The notes beneath the pieces were generated by a model that made no database searches, was not told the DNA's origin, and was given only the letters and a program-made list of their open reading frames with translations. 64,000 nucleotides of DNA from an uncultured Actinomycetota bacterium (GTDB taxonomy: Bacteria > Actinomycetota > Actinomycetes > Propionibacteriales > Propionibacteriaceae): NCBI GenBank assembly GCA_963727215.1, contig CAVSFR010000006.1, positions 319,761 through 383,760 of the forward strand. The letters are read 5' to 3'. Within the stretch, counting starts at the first letter, position 1. Each line of letters opens with the position of its first letter. Shown here one piece after another: positions 45,371 to 61,058 of this stretch. The translations under genes and the position numbers were made by a program.

Positions 45371-46201
45371 ATGACGGAGGAGACCTGGTACCGGGCGGAG
45401 GTGCGGTCGCGGACCAGGCTCTCGCCCCACCTGGTCCGGGTCCGGCTGGGGGCTCCGGCCGTCCCCGTCTCCGGGGAGCCGGGGCTGCACGAGCTCGTCG
45501 CGGACGTCCCGGACGAACGGCTGGTGCTGGAGCTGCCCGGGTCGCCACCGACCACGCGCAGCTACACCGTCCGAGCCCGGGACCGGGCGGCCGGCACCCT
45601 TGACCTGCACGTCGTGCTGCACCCGGGCGGGGTGGTCGCCGAGTGGGCGGAGCACGTCGAACCCGGGGTGCAGGTGCGGCTGAGCGACCCGCGCGGCTGG
45701 TACGCGCCACCGGCGGACGCGTCCTGGCAGCTGCTGGCGGCCGACCTCACCGGGCTGCCGGCGTTGGCCCGGATCGCCGAGACCACGGCGGCCGCGCTGC
45801 CGACGTCGGCGGTGGTCGAGGTCCCCGAGCCGGCTGACGCGCAGCCGCTGGCGGCGTCGGTCGACGTGCGCTGGCTCGTCGGGGGCAACGGCGTCGGGGC
45901 CAGCGGGCTGCCCGCGGCGCTCATGGCACACGAGCTGCCGGCAGGACCGGGCTACGTCTGGTTCGCCGGTGAGGCGGCGGACGCACGTGCGGTCCGCCGA
46001 CACCTGCGCGAGCTCGGTTGGCCCGTCCGGCGCTATCGCGTCCTCGGCTACTGGCGGACCGACCAGGACGCGTGGCAGCGTCGCTTCACGGCCTCGGCTC
46101 CTGGTCTGGAGCACGTCTACACCGAGGCCGTCGCCCGTGGGCTGACGAGCGAGGAGGCCCTCGAGCTCTACGACGACGCGCTGGCCGACCTCGGGCTCTG
46201 A
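45371..46201 (+). CDS. Siderophore-interacting protein (ViuB-like FAD-binding reductase)
   Basis: RSYTVR, LHVVLH, PRGWY, ADLTGLPALARI, VWFAGE, GYWR. Confidence 0.85.
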   Translation: MTEETWYRAEVRSRTRLSPHLVRVRLGAPAVPVSGEPGLHELVADVPDERLVLELPGSPPTTRSYTVRARDRAAGTLDLHVVLHPGGVVAEWAEHVEPGVQVRLSDPRGWYAPPADASWQLLAADLTGLPALARIAETTAAALPTSAVVEVPEPADAQPLAASVDVRWLVGGNGVGASGLPAALMAHELPAGPGYVWFAGEAADARAVRRHLRELGWPVRRYRVLGYWRTDQDAWQRRFTASAPGLEHVYTEAVARGLTSEEALELYDDALADLGL

Positions 46202-46213
46202 GCCGGGCCCCTG

Positions 46214-46282
46214 AGAATCGACCTCTCGATGCGGCAATAGCGGCAATTCGGCCAGGCAAGGGTCGTTGAGGGGTCGTTTTTC
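46214..46282. repeat. Imperfect AT-containing inverted repeat between convergent genes
   Basis: GAATCGACCTCTCGA ... TTGAGGGGTCGTTTT; REP-like or bidirectional terminator. Confidence 0.4.
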
Positions 46283-46292
46283 GAGGCCAGAC

Positions 46293-47873
<1,581 letters not shown>

Positions 47874-48025
47874 GCTCTGCCTGCCCTCTGCTCGGCCGTG
47901 CCCAGCGACCTCTGCATGCTCGCACAGCGGCGTCGGGCCAGGCGGGGAGTCAACGCCGGTCAGGCGAGCCAGCACGGCGGGAAGACGCTCCGGACGTTCA
48001 CGCGCCGACGGTGTCCCTCGACTCC

Positions 48026-49267
48026 TCAGCGGCGGGCGCCGGCGACCAACGACTCGGCCGTGGCCACCATCGCGGCGGTCTCGTTCCGCCAGGCGGGCTC
48101 CTGGCCGCGGTAGGGCCCGGTGGCCAGAGAGACCACGACGGCGGCCGCCCGCAGCCGGAGCTCGGCGCGGTCGACCCTGCGGTCGAAGACGGGCAGCCAG
48201 AGCCGGAGCAGCCGCGCGATGCTGGCCGTCTGCTCCGCGTTCATCCGCTGCACGGTCGACAGATGGGCGAGCAGGCAGCCGAGGTCGTCGACCCGACGGC
48301 CCGGCCCGACCGTGTCCACGTCGATCAGCCCCGTCACCCGGCCGCCGGCGACGAAGAGCTGGCCCTCGTGGAAGTCGCCGTGGGTGGCCTCACGGCCCTC
48401 GCGCGACGTCCCGGCCAGACCCGCGGCGATCTCGGTGCAGAGCCGGCGTAACCGTGGCCCCAGCTCGGGCAGGACGGACTCGACGGTCTGCGCATAGCCC
48501 GCCACCGCCTCGGCCCAGGGCGGTCGGCGCAAGAGTGCCGCCACCCCGGCCGGCATCGCGTCCAGCAAGCAGACCAGGTCCTCGGCCGTGCACGGCAGCG
48601 CCTCGTCGAACAGCGCGGTGGCCAGCGGCCGACCCGAGGCTGCGCGCAGCACGAGCACACAGTCCCGCGTCGCGGCGAGCACCTCGGGCGCGCAGATCCC
48701 GGACCGGCTCAGCAGCTGGTGGCGCTCCAGGGCGGGTCCGACGAGGGACTCGCGAAGCACCTTGACGTAGTAGGTGAGCGGACCCTCGGCGGCCGCCAGC
48801 ACCACCCGCAGCACGGCCCGTCGGCGAGGCCGGTAGCTGACCATCTCCACCCGCAGCTCGCGGCCCGTCACGGGGCGGCCGACCACGCCGTGCTCGGTGA
48901 AGATCTCGGCCAACCGGTCTGCGACCGCTGCCCGGGGCAACCCGGGCAGGTCGGGATCGGCCGGGTACAGCCAGACGGCGACCTCGCGGTCCCCGTCGCC
49001 GAAGAGGACCGCCCGGTCGTCGTTGCCTCGCGGACCGGACCTCCGTGCGCTGGCCCCGAGCAGCTCCTGGCGGCGCCCGGACGGCCACTGCACGTCCGCT
49101 GCGTAGGTGACGGTGGTGCTGTGACCCGGACGCACGTCGACGTGGTCCATCCGCCAGCCGCGCAGCTCGCCCCCGGCGTGCCCGACCGCCGCCCCCAGCA
49201 GGTGCTCGACCGCGGTCGAGGTCAGCAACGCCGAGCCGTCGTCGGGCGCGACGGGAGGAATCGCCAT
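48026..49267 (-). CDS. Aminoglycoside phosphotransferase-like kinase-fold protein
   Basis: [27 protein letters not shown] motifs. Confidence 0.72.
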   Translation of the reverse strand: MAIPPVAPDDGSALLTSTAVEHLLGAAVGHAGGELRGWRMDHVDVRPGHSTTVTYAADVQWPSGRRQELLGASARRSGPRGNDDRAVLFGDGDREVAVWLYPADPDLPGLPRAAVADRLAEIFTEHGVVGRPVTGRELRVEMVSYRPRRRAVLRVVLAAAEGPLTYYVKVLRESLVGPALERHQLLSRSGICAPEVLAATRDCVLVLRAASGRPLATALFDEALPCTAEDLVCLLDAMPAGVAALLRRPPWAEAVAGYAQTVESVLPELGPRLRRLCTEIAAGLAGTSREGREATHGDFHEGQLFVAGGRVTGLIDVDTVGPGRRVDDLGCLLAHLSTVQRMNAEQTASIARLLRLWLPVFDRRVDRAELRLRAAAVVVSLATGPYRGQEPAWRNETAAMVATAESLVAGARR

Positions 49268-49350
49268 GGCCGCGATCCTGTCACGGCCCACCTGTCGGCC
49301 CCGGGTGAACGCCGTCGGCCCGCACGGTCTGGAGATGGCAGGCTTACGGC

Positions 49351-51240
49351 GTGGAGACCGCCCTGACCCTTGTCGCGATCGTGGCCTCGGTCCTGGTCAT
49401 CACCGCCGCAGCCGAGCGGCTGCGCTTCTCCGCACCCCTGCTGCTGATGCTGGTGGGCATCGCGGTGTCCTTCCTGCCGTTCGTGCACGCGCCCGAGCTC
49501 ACCCCCGAGCTGGTCCTGGTCGGCTTCCTGCCGCCGCTCCTGTACGCGGCGGCGATCCGCTCGTCGGTGCTGGACTTCCGCGCGAACCTGCCCTCCATCG
49601 CCTTCTTGTCGGTGCTTCTGGTGGTCATCACCGCCCTCGGCGTCGGCCTGGTCACCTGGTTGCTGCTGCCCGTCAGCTTCCCCGTGGCCTTCGCGCTCGG
49701 TGCCGTGGTCGCGCCACCGGACGCGGTAGCCGCCACCTCGATCGCCCGCCGGATCGGCCTGCCCCGCCGGGTGGTGACGCTGCTCGAGGGCGAGTCGCTG
49801 CTCAACGACGCCACCGCGATCACCTGCCTACGGGTGGCGATCGCGGCCATCGCGGGCTCCTTCAGCGTGGGCGACGTCGCCGTCAGCTTCCTGATCGCGG
49901 CGCTGGGCGGTGCGGCCGTCGGGGTGGCCGTGGCGTTCGTCGGCATCTGGGTCCGCCGCCGGGTGAGGAACCCGGTCTTCGACACCGCCATCTCGCTGCT
50001 GCTGCCGTTCGTGGCCTACCTGCCGGCCGAGGAGCTCGGCTGGAACGGCTCGCACGGGTCCGGGGTCATCGCCGTGGTCGCCGCCGGCCTGCTGCTCGGC
50101 CACAAGTCCCCGATCATCCAGAGCGGCCAGTCCCGGCTGGCCGAGCGCGTCAACTGGGCGACCGTGCAGTTCCTGCTGGAGAACACGGTCTTCCTGCTGA
50201 TCGGGCTCCAGGCCGCCCAGCTGGTCCAGGCGCTGCGCCGATCGACGGTGCCGGGGCTGCAGATCGGTTTGTTCTGTGCGGCCGTGCTGGGTACCGCGGT
50301 GGTGCTGCGCCTGATCTTCGTGGCGCTGGCCCGGGTGGTGCTGTTCCGCCGGGTCCCGGGCGAGGAACGACCGGCCTGGCGCGAGTCACTGGTGGTCGGC
50401 TGGGCGGGCCTGCGCGGTGTCGTGACCCTGGCGACGGCCTTCTTGATCCCCGAGGTGCCCGCGACGAGTGAGTACCGCGACGTGCTGATCTTCGCCGCCC
50501 TCGTCGTCACGGCGGGCACCCTCCTGCTGCAGGGCCTGACCCTGCCGCCGCTGGTCCGGGCCCTGCACCTGCGTGGACCCGACGCCCGATCCGACGCCCT
50601 GCAGGCCGCCACCGTGCTGCAGACCGCGAGCAACGCCGGACTGGCCGCCCTGGCCAAGATCACGGGCCCGGACGACATGCCCGAGACGGTCCAGCTGGTG
50701 CGGGACCGGGTCGCCGGCCGGCCGGACGCTCTGTGGGAGCAGCTCGGCACCGGCCGCGGCAACGACGAGACCCCCGCCGAGCAGTACCGGCGGCTACGGC
50801 TGGCCACCATGCAGGCCGAGCGCAACGAGGTCCTGAAGATCCGTTCGAGCGGCACGGTGGACCACGACGTCATCGAGCAGGTGCTGGCCTCGTTCGACAT
50901 CGAGGAGTCGATGCTGACGATCGCCACCGAGCGCGCCGACCGCCTCAGCACCGACCAGAGCGTGGCCACCCCGATCGACCCGAGCGGCACCTGCCGCCAC
51001 CTGGAGCTGGCCCCGGCCGACACCGCGGCGTCATCGGTGGGCTGCGAGGACTGCGAGCGCGAGGGGACACGGCCGGTGCACCTGCGCCGCTGCCTCAGCT
51101 GCGGCAGTGTCGGCTGCTGCGACTCCTCTCCCGGTCGGCACGCCGAGCGGCACCACCTCCAGAGCCACCACCCGGTGATGCGTAGCCACGAGCCGGGCGA
51201 GTCCTGGCGCTGGTGCTACGTGGACGAGCGTCTCGGCTGA
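49351..51240 (+). CDS. CPA1 Na+/H+ antiporter fused to a C-terminal UBP-type zinc finger
   Basis: LPPLLY, APPDAVA, LEGESLLNDA, GLRGVVTLA; tail CRH..CEDC..HLRRCLSCGSVGCCDSSPGRHA..H..H..W.WCY. Confidence 0.88.
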   Translation: METALTLVAIVASVLVITAAAERLRFSAPLLLMLVGIAVSFLPFVHAPELTPELVLVGFLPPLLYAAAIRSSVLDFRANLPSIAFLSVLLVVITALGVGLVTWLLLPVSFPVAFALGAVVAPPDAVAATSIARRIGLPRRVVTLLEGESLLNDATAITCLRVAIAAIAGSFSVGDVAVSFLIAALGGAAVGVAVAFVGIWVRRRVRNPVFDTAISLLLPFVAYLPAEELGWNGSHGSGVIAVVAAGLLLGHKSPIIQSGQSRLAERVNWATVQFLLENTVFLLIGLQAAQLVQALRRSTVPGLQIGLFCAAVLGTAVVLRLIFVALARVVLFRRVPGEERPAWRESLVVGWAGLRGVVTLATAFLIPEVPATSEYRDVLIFAALVVTAGTLLLQGLTLPPLVRALHLRGPDARSDALQAATVLQTASNAGLAALAKITGPDDMPETVQLVRDRVAGRPDALWEQLGTGRGNDETPAEQYRRLRLATMQAERNEVLKIRSSGTVDHDVIEQVLASFDIEESMLTIATERADRLSTDQSVATPIDPSGTCRHLELAPADTAASSVGCEDCEREGTRPVHLRRCLSCGSVGCCDSSPGRHAERHHLQSHHPVMRSHEPGESWRWCYVDERLG

Positions 51241-51304
51241 GCCGCGATCCCCCCGCCTGGTCGGCGGTGGCCGCCACGGAGGCTGACAGCTCGGGGTTCG
51301 GAGC

Positions 51305-53729
<2,425 letters not shown>

Positions 53730-53879
53730 CGGTCCAGCCCGTCGGCGGCCCCGAGGGTCACCGGTCTGTGGTCGTCGGCGTCCTCGGCTCCGGCGAGGGA
53801 GCTCTCGAGCTGGGGCAGGGGGATGTGCACCGGGCCAGCGTAATGAGGGCGGGTGACAGTCGCGACCCGCTCGGCTTGG

Positions 53880-55038
53880 ATGAACGTCGTGGCCACCCCG
53901 ACCGACGCGCCCGCGACACCACCGTCCCCGCACGCCCGCACCTTCCCCGACGGCGTGCCGGTGCTGGTGGACGCCGCGGTCGGGCTCACCCTCCGGCCGC
54001 TGACACGTGCGGACCTGCCGGCGGTGGTCGAGCAGTGCCGGGACGCCGAGATGATCCGCTGGACCACCGTGCCCACGCCGGACGGCGGGTACGGGCTGGC
54101 CGACGCCGAGGCGTTCCTCGGCGTGACCGCCGAGGGCTGGCGCAGCGGGCAGCGGCTGGGCTGGGTGATCGAGGACCGACCGGGACGCTTCTGCGGGACG
54201 ATCGACCTCCGGGTCGAGGCCGGCGGGGTGGCCGAGGTGGGGTTCGGCCTGCACCCGGCCGGACGCGGTCAGCACCTGATGAGCACCGCCGTCCGGCTGG
54301 TCCGCGACCACGCCTTCGACGTCCTCGCGCTGCGGGCCTTGCGCTGGCGGGCCGCGGTGGGCAACTGGGGGTCGCGCCGGGTGGCCGCCGCGGCGGGCTT
54401 CGCCGTAGAGGGCAGCGTCCGGCTGCTGCTGGAACAGCGCGGCGAGCGGTGCGACGGCTGGATCGCCACCATGACCAGCCGACGACCCGCGCGCCCCCGT
54501 CGGTTGGCTGGACGTCCCGCTGCTGGTCGGCGCCGGGCTGCGGCTGCGGCCGTTCACCGAGGCGGACGCCCTACGGATCGTCGAAGCCTGTTCCGACCCG
54601 CGTACGCAGCACTGGCTGTCCTCGCTGCCCCGCCGCTACACCGTCACCGACGCCCTCGGCTACGTCGAGTCGACGCGGGAGAACGCGGCTCGCCGGACCG
54701 GCGTCGCCTGGTGCGTCGCGGACGCCGCCGACGACCGGTGTCTGGGCTCGGTCAGCCTCGAGGGCTTCGGCGGCTACGACCGACGCGCCGAGATCGGCTA
54801 CTGGAGCCACCCGGACGCGCGCGGCCGCAGCGTGACCACCGAAGCCGTCCGACTGGTCACCTCCTACGCAGAGTCCGGCGGGCTGGTCGACTCGCTGCTC
54901 ATCCGGGCGGCCGGGGGCAACGTCGCGTCCGCGCACGTCGCCCGGGCAGCCGGCTACCGCGAGGTCGGCGTCCTGCCGCACGCCGAGCCCCTCGGCGACG
55001 GCTCGGTGGACTCCCTCGTCCTCTACGCCCGCCCCTAA
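53880..55038 (+). pseudogene. Tandem RimJ/RimL GNAT acetyltransferase split by a +1 frameshift near 54477-54480
   Basis: Domain 1 read in frame to WIATMT; the frame then shifts by one base to DDPRAPVGWLDVP..LRLRPF..EIGYW..YARP; pseudogene or sequencing error. Confidence 0.8.
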
Positions 55039-55041
55039 TCC

Positions 55042-55095
55042 CCGACTTGTCAGCGTGAGTGGCTGCCCGAGCGACCACCCACGCTGACAAGTCGG
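55042..55095. repeat. 54-bp palindromic element (CAGCG subtype), downstream flank of cassette 2
   Basis: Perfect 15-bp arms CCGACTTGTCAGCGT/ACGCTGACAAGTCGG. Confidence 0.95.
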
Positions 55096-56024
55096 GTCTG
55101 TCGGACGCCTACCGCAAGGAGGTCAGACGCAATGGGGCCGGGATCGAGCCGAACCTCCAGGTTGGTGGCGCGCAGGACCTTACGGCCGGAGATCACCACA
55201 CTTCGTTCCCGACGCATGTCGGCCTCCCACTGGCTGACCTCCATGTGGTGCCGCCCGTCCACCTCGAGCACGACCACACCGCCGCCAGGAAGCTCCCACT
55301 CGCAGTCCAGGTACCGGGCTCGCCCGTCGCTCCCGCAGCGCGCGACTTGCCGCCGTGGCAGCTCGAGGCCGAACCGACGGCACATGCGGCCCACCTCCAG
55401 CTCACCGGAGGCGGTCGCCCCGGTCTCGATGTCGGCCAGCGCGAGCCGTAGGTAGGCCTTGTGCCTGATTCGGCCGATGTGCTCCATCGCCTCCTCGAGC
55501 TGCGTCACGGTGCACAGACGCTGCTGCACGACCGCTGCGACCAAAGCGCAAGCGAAGCGCGGGAATGGCTGCCAGGCGGCCGCATCGAGAGCCGATCGTG
55601 CCGTTCCCGTCCTGGGCAGCCCTCGGCTCCAGGTGCCGTCGTTGCTGCGGAGCCTGCGCGACTCGTGCACCCGAACGCCCGGCAGGGGTGCCGACCGGGC
55701 TCCGCGGGGGATCACCAGGTGAATCTGCTCCGCCTCGCGCGCAAAGCTCGAGAAGCCGGCGAGCTCGAGGGCGGTGTGGCCGGCGAGCAAGGCCGGCGGA
55801 CCCGCGTCCAGAACCGCCATCCACATCAGCTGAGCTCGGGAGGGCGGGCCGTTGCTCATCAGGACCAGGTGGTCCCCCCATGTCGTCCACCGTTCGCCCT
55901 CGACCTGCGCCCGCACGAAGCCGCGCGTCATCGAGTAGCACCGGAGCCAGTCACGTCGGAGCACGCCATGGGCCAAGCCCGCCCGAGCGAGGGCACGTGC
56001 ATCGTTCCAGCAGTCGACAGCCAC
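55050..56024 (-). CDS. AbiEi-like wHTH + DUF559/Vsr-like nuclease protein, paralog of 36008-36985 (start inferred)
   Basis: Shares RWTTWG, LDAGPP, HTALELAGF, HESRR, RSALDAAAWQ, VAAVVQQRLCT, GRIRHKAYLR, RYLD.EW, LEVDG.HH; GTG 56024 gives near-identical length. Confidence 0.85.
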   Translation of the reverse strand: MAVDCWNDARALARAGLAHGVLRRDWLRCYSMTRGFVRAQVEGERWTTWGDHLVLMSNGPPSRAQLMWMAVLDAGPPALLAGHTALELAGFSSFAREAEQIHLVIPRGARSAPLPGVRVHESRRLRSNDGTWSRGLPRTGTARSALDAAAWQPFPRFACALVAAVVQQRLCTVTQLEEAMEHIGRIRHKAYLRLALADIETGATASGELEVGRMCRRFGLELPRRQVARCGSDGRARYLDCEWELPGGGVVVLEVDGRHHMEVSQWEADMRRERSVVISGRKVLRATNLEVRLDPGPIASDLLAVGVRQTRLVSVGGRSGSHSR

Positions 56025-56111
56025 GCAGAGACGATCAGGACGTCGACTCAAGATCTGCGCGCCGCGGGCCAGCCTGTGGACGGCTGAGGCACCCGCTCTC
56101 TCCTGTGGACA

Positions 56112-56165
56112 CCGACTTGTCAGCGTCCACGGCTGCCATCGCGACCACTGACGCTGACAAGTCGG
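56112..56165. repeat. 54-bp palindromic element (CAGCG subtype), upstream flank of cassette 2
   Basis: CCGACTTGTCAGCGT-CCACGGCTGCCATCGCGACCACTG-ACGCTGACAAGTCGG. Confidence 0.95.
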
Positions 56166-56195
56166 CCTTCCGGCCGGCGCGATAACGTTCGGGGC

Positions 56196-58435
<2,240 letters not shown>

Positions 58436-58439
<4 letters not shown>

Positions 58440-58489
58440 GTTGTCAGAACCTCAGCGGGGCTCTGACCCCCTGAGGTTCTGACAAGTCG
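58436..58489. repeat. Solo 54-bp palindromic element (CAGAA subtype) between convergent genes
   Basis: CTGAGTTGTCAGAA-CCTCAG..CTGAGG-TTCTGACAAGTCGG; contains both flanking stop codons. Confidence 0.9.
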
Positions 58490-59040
58490 GGCAACACCAA
58501 CGCGTCCACCCGCTCGGCGGGGCGCTGCGCCTCGACGTAGGCCCGCTCCTGCGGCCACCAGTCGGTCCGCCACCGTTCCAGGAGCTCGGTCGGGTCCCGC
58601 TCGGCGATGCGCCGCCGCCGCACCGGCTCGGGCACGTCCAGCCAGAGCGTGAGGTCCCAGGGCACCCCCAGCCGGACATCGGTGGCGGAGACCCCCTCCA
58701 CCACCACCGGTACGCCGGGCGGCACCTCCCGGAGGGGTCCGAGCATCCCGGTGACCAGGTCGGCCGGCCGGTAGCGGCCCGGTCGACCGGCGAGGAGCGG
58801 CGTCAGCACCTCTGCGACGAAGCGGTCCCGCTGCCAGGTCGCGACGTCAGGGTGGGCGAAGTCGTCGATCGCCAGCACCACTGCGTCGGCGAGCTCGGCC
58901 GCGACCCGCGCGGCCAACGTGCTCTTGCCGGAAGCGCCGAGTCCGTCGATCCCGACCCAGACCGTCCCGCTCGACCCGAGCAGCCGGCCACTCACCCACT
59001 GCGGCGCCTCATCCAGGCTGATCCGAGCGGCCACGCCCAC
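58444..59040 (-). CDS. Uridine kinase-like P-loop protein
   Basis: [24 protein letters not shown]...ERAY. Confidence 0.75.
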   Translation of the reverse strand: MGVAARISLDEAPQWVSGRLLGSSGTVWVGIDGLGASGKSTLAARVAAELADAVVLAIDDFAHPDVATWQRDRFVAEVLTPLLAGRPGRYRPADLVTGMLGPLREVPPGVPVVVEGVSATDVRLGVPWDLTLWLDVPEPVRRRRIAERDPTELLERWRTDWWPQERAYVEAQRPAERVDALVLPDLSEPQGVRAPLRF

Positions 59041-59139
59041 CTCCGGTGAACCCCGACGGCGCCGGGATTGCTAGCGTCACCCTACGAAGACCGCACCACT
59101 CTCCGCACAGGTCTGCGTGGAGTAACCCGAGGAGCGCAC

Positions 59140-60126
59140 GTGAGCACACCCGTCAAGGTCGCCGTCACCGGAGCCGCCGGCCAGATCTGTTACAGCCTGC
59201 TGTTCCGGATCGCGAGCGGCGCGATGCTGGGCCCGGACACCCCCGTCGAGCTCCGGCTGCTCGAGATCACACCGGCCCTCAAGGCGCTCGAGGGCGTCGT
59301 GATGGAGCTCGACGACTGCGCCTTCCCGCTGCTCAGCAAGGTCGAGATCGGCGACGACCCGAATGTCGTGTTCGACGGCGTGAACCTCGCCTGCCTGGTC
59401 GGGGCCCGGCCGCGCAGCAAGGGGATGGAGCGCGGTGACCTGCTCGAGGCCAACGGCGCCATCTTCAAGCCCCAGGGCCGCGCGCTGAACGACCACGCCG
59501 CCGACGACGTCCGGGTCCTGATCACCGGCAACCCCGCGAACACCAACGCCCTCATCGCCATGAGCAACGCCCCCGACATCCCGCAGGAGCGCTTCAACGC
59601 GCTCACCCGGCTGGACCACAACCGGGCCATCGCCCAGCTCGCGGCCAAGACGAGCAGCGCGGTGACCGACATCTCCCGGATGACGATCTGGGGTAACCAC
59701 TCCGCCACCCAGTTCCCCGACCTCAGCCAGGCCACCGTGGCCGGTCGTCCCGCGCCTGAGCTGGTCGACCAGGACTGGATCGAGTCGCACTTCCTGCCGA
59801 CGGTGCAAAAGCGCGGTGCGGCGATCATCGAGGCCCGCGGCGCGAGCTCGGCGGCCAGTGCCGCCAACGCCACCGTCGACCACGTGCGCGACTGGGTGAA
59901 CGGCACTGCCGACGGCGACTGGGTCTCCATGTCGGTTCCGTCCGACGGCTCGTACGGCGTGCCCGAGGGGCTCATCTCCTCGTTCCCGTGCACCGTCGGC
60001 GGCGGCGCCTACACGATCGTGCCCGACCTCGGGATCGACGACTTCGCCCGCGGGAAGATCGACGCCAGCGTCGCGGAGCTGGCCGAGGAGCGCGAGGCCG
60101 TCCGTGCGCTCGGCCTGATCGGCTGA
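59140..60126 (+). CDS. mdh: Malate dehydrogenase
   Basis: [45 protein letters not shown]. Confidence 0.97.
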   Translation: MSTPVKVAVTGAAGQICYSLLFRIASGAMLGPDTPVELRLLEITPALKALEGVVMELDDCAFPLLSKVEIGDDPNVVFDGVNLACLVGARPRSKGMERGDLLEANGAIFKPQGRALNDHAADDVRVLITGNPANTNALIAMSNAPDIPQERFNALTRLDHNRAIAQLAAKTSSAVTDISRMTIWGNHSATQFPDLSQATVAGRPAPELVDQDWIESHFLPTVQKRGAAIIEARGASSAASAANATVDHVRDWVNGTADGDWVSMSVPSDGSYGVPEGLISSFPCTVGGGAYTIVPDLGIDDFARGKIDASVAELAEEREAVRALGLIG

Positions 60127-60143
60127 GCAGGCCGGCAACGACG

Positions 60144-60185
60144 CGAGGGGTACGACCGCTCGTACCGATGACGGTGCGCCCCTCG
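60144..60185. terminator. GC hairpin after mdh (CGAGGGG...CCCCTCG)
   Basis: Inverted repeat directly downstream of mdh; no clear U tail. Confidence 0.35.
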
Positions 60186-60205
60186 GATAGGGAACACTGG
60201 GCGCC

Positions 60206-61015
60206 ATGACTGATCACACCTCAGGTCCGACCGGACAGGGCGCGGACTCCCCCAACCCGTTCAGCCGCGAGGGTGCGGAGCCCGGTGAGCCGCACGCCTC
60301 CGAGGCCGGGCCCGGTCCGGCTGGGAGCACCGAGGGATCGGGTCAGCCTGGGCAGGGCTCGGGCGCGACCGCCCCGACTCCTCCTGGTGACAGCCCCGCG
60401 GTCGGTGAGGCCCCGTCGTCGTACCCGCCTGCGAACCAGCCCTACGGCCAGCCGAGCGCGAACCCGCCCTACGAGCAGCCCCCAGCCACCTATGGCCAGT
60501 CCGCCGACGCCTACGGCCCGTACGGTCAGGCCACCGATCCGTACGGCCAGCAGGCGACTCCCTTCGACCAGCCGAGCGCGAACCAGCCCTACGGTCAGCC
60601 CAGCGCCAACCCCCCGTATGAGCAGCCCCCGGTCTATGACCAGCAGGCGGCTGGGTACGGCACCCCTGGTTACGACCAAACCGGTTACGACCAGACCGGT
60701 TACGACCAGACCGGCTACGGCGTCAACCCCTACCAGGGGGGGTACGGCTACCCCGCCTACGGCGCCGGCGCCGTGCAGCACCCGCAGGCGGTCACCGCGC
60801 TGGTCACCGGCATCATTGGTGCGGTCCTCTGCGGTCCGGTCGGGATCGCCGGCATCATCACGGGTCGGAAGGTGCGCAACGAGATCGACGCCGATCCGCA
60901 GCGCTACACCGGGCGCGGGATGGGCACCGCCGGGTTCGTCCTCGGCATCGTCGGGATCGCGGCCACCGTGTTCTGGATCCTCGCTCTGGTCGGGGGCCTC
61001 GTCTCCGGCTCCTAG
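60206..61015 (+). CDS. DUF4190-type membrane protein with Pro/Gln/Tyr-rich repetitive N-terminus
   Basis: Duplicated ANQPYGQPSANPPYEQPP, three GYDQT units; two C-terminal TM helices with G..MGTAG.VLGI. Confidence 0.8.
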   Translation: MTDHTSGPTGQGADSPNPFSREGAEPGEPHASEAGPGPAGSTEGSGQPGQGSGATAPTPPGDSPAVGEAPSSYPPANQPYGQPSANPPYEQPPATYGQSADAYGPYGQATDPYGQQATPFDQPSANQPYGQPSANPPYEQPPVYDQQAAGYGTPGYDQTGYDQTGYDQTGYGVNPYQGGYGYPAYGAGAVQHPQAVTALVTGIIGAVLCGPVGIAGIITGRKVRNEIDADPQRYTGRGMGTAGFVLGIVGIAATVFWILALVGGLVSGS

Positions 61016-61058
61016 CGTGGGTGGTCGGCTCGCCAGTGGCGTCTTCTAGATTGCTGGC

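Larger units (their letters stand above)
55042..56165 (-). mobile_element. Putative REPtron-like cassette 2: palindrome - nuclease gene - palindrome
   Basis: Same architecture as 35875-36993; mobility is inferred, not shown. Confidence 0.5.

Noticed and set aside
54465-54490. Programmed ribosomal frameshift in the GNAT gene
   Set aside because: No slippery heptamer or recognisable stimulatory element at the shift site
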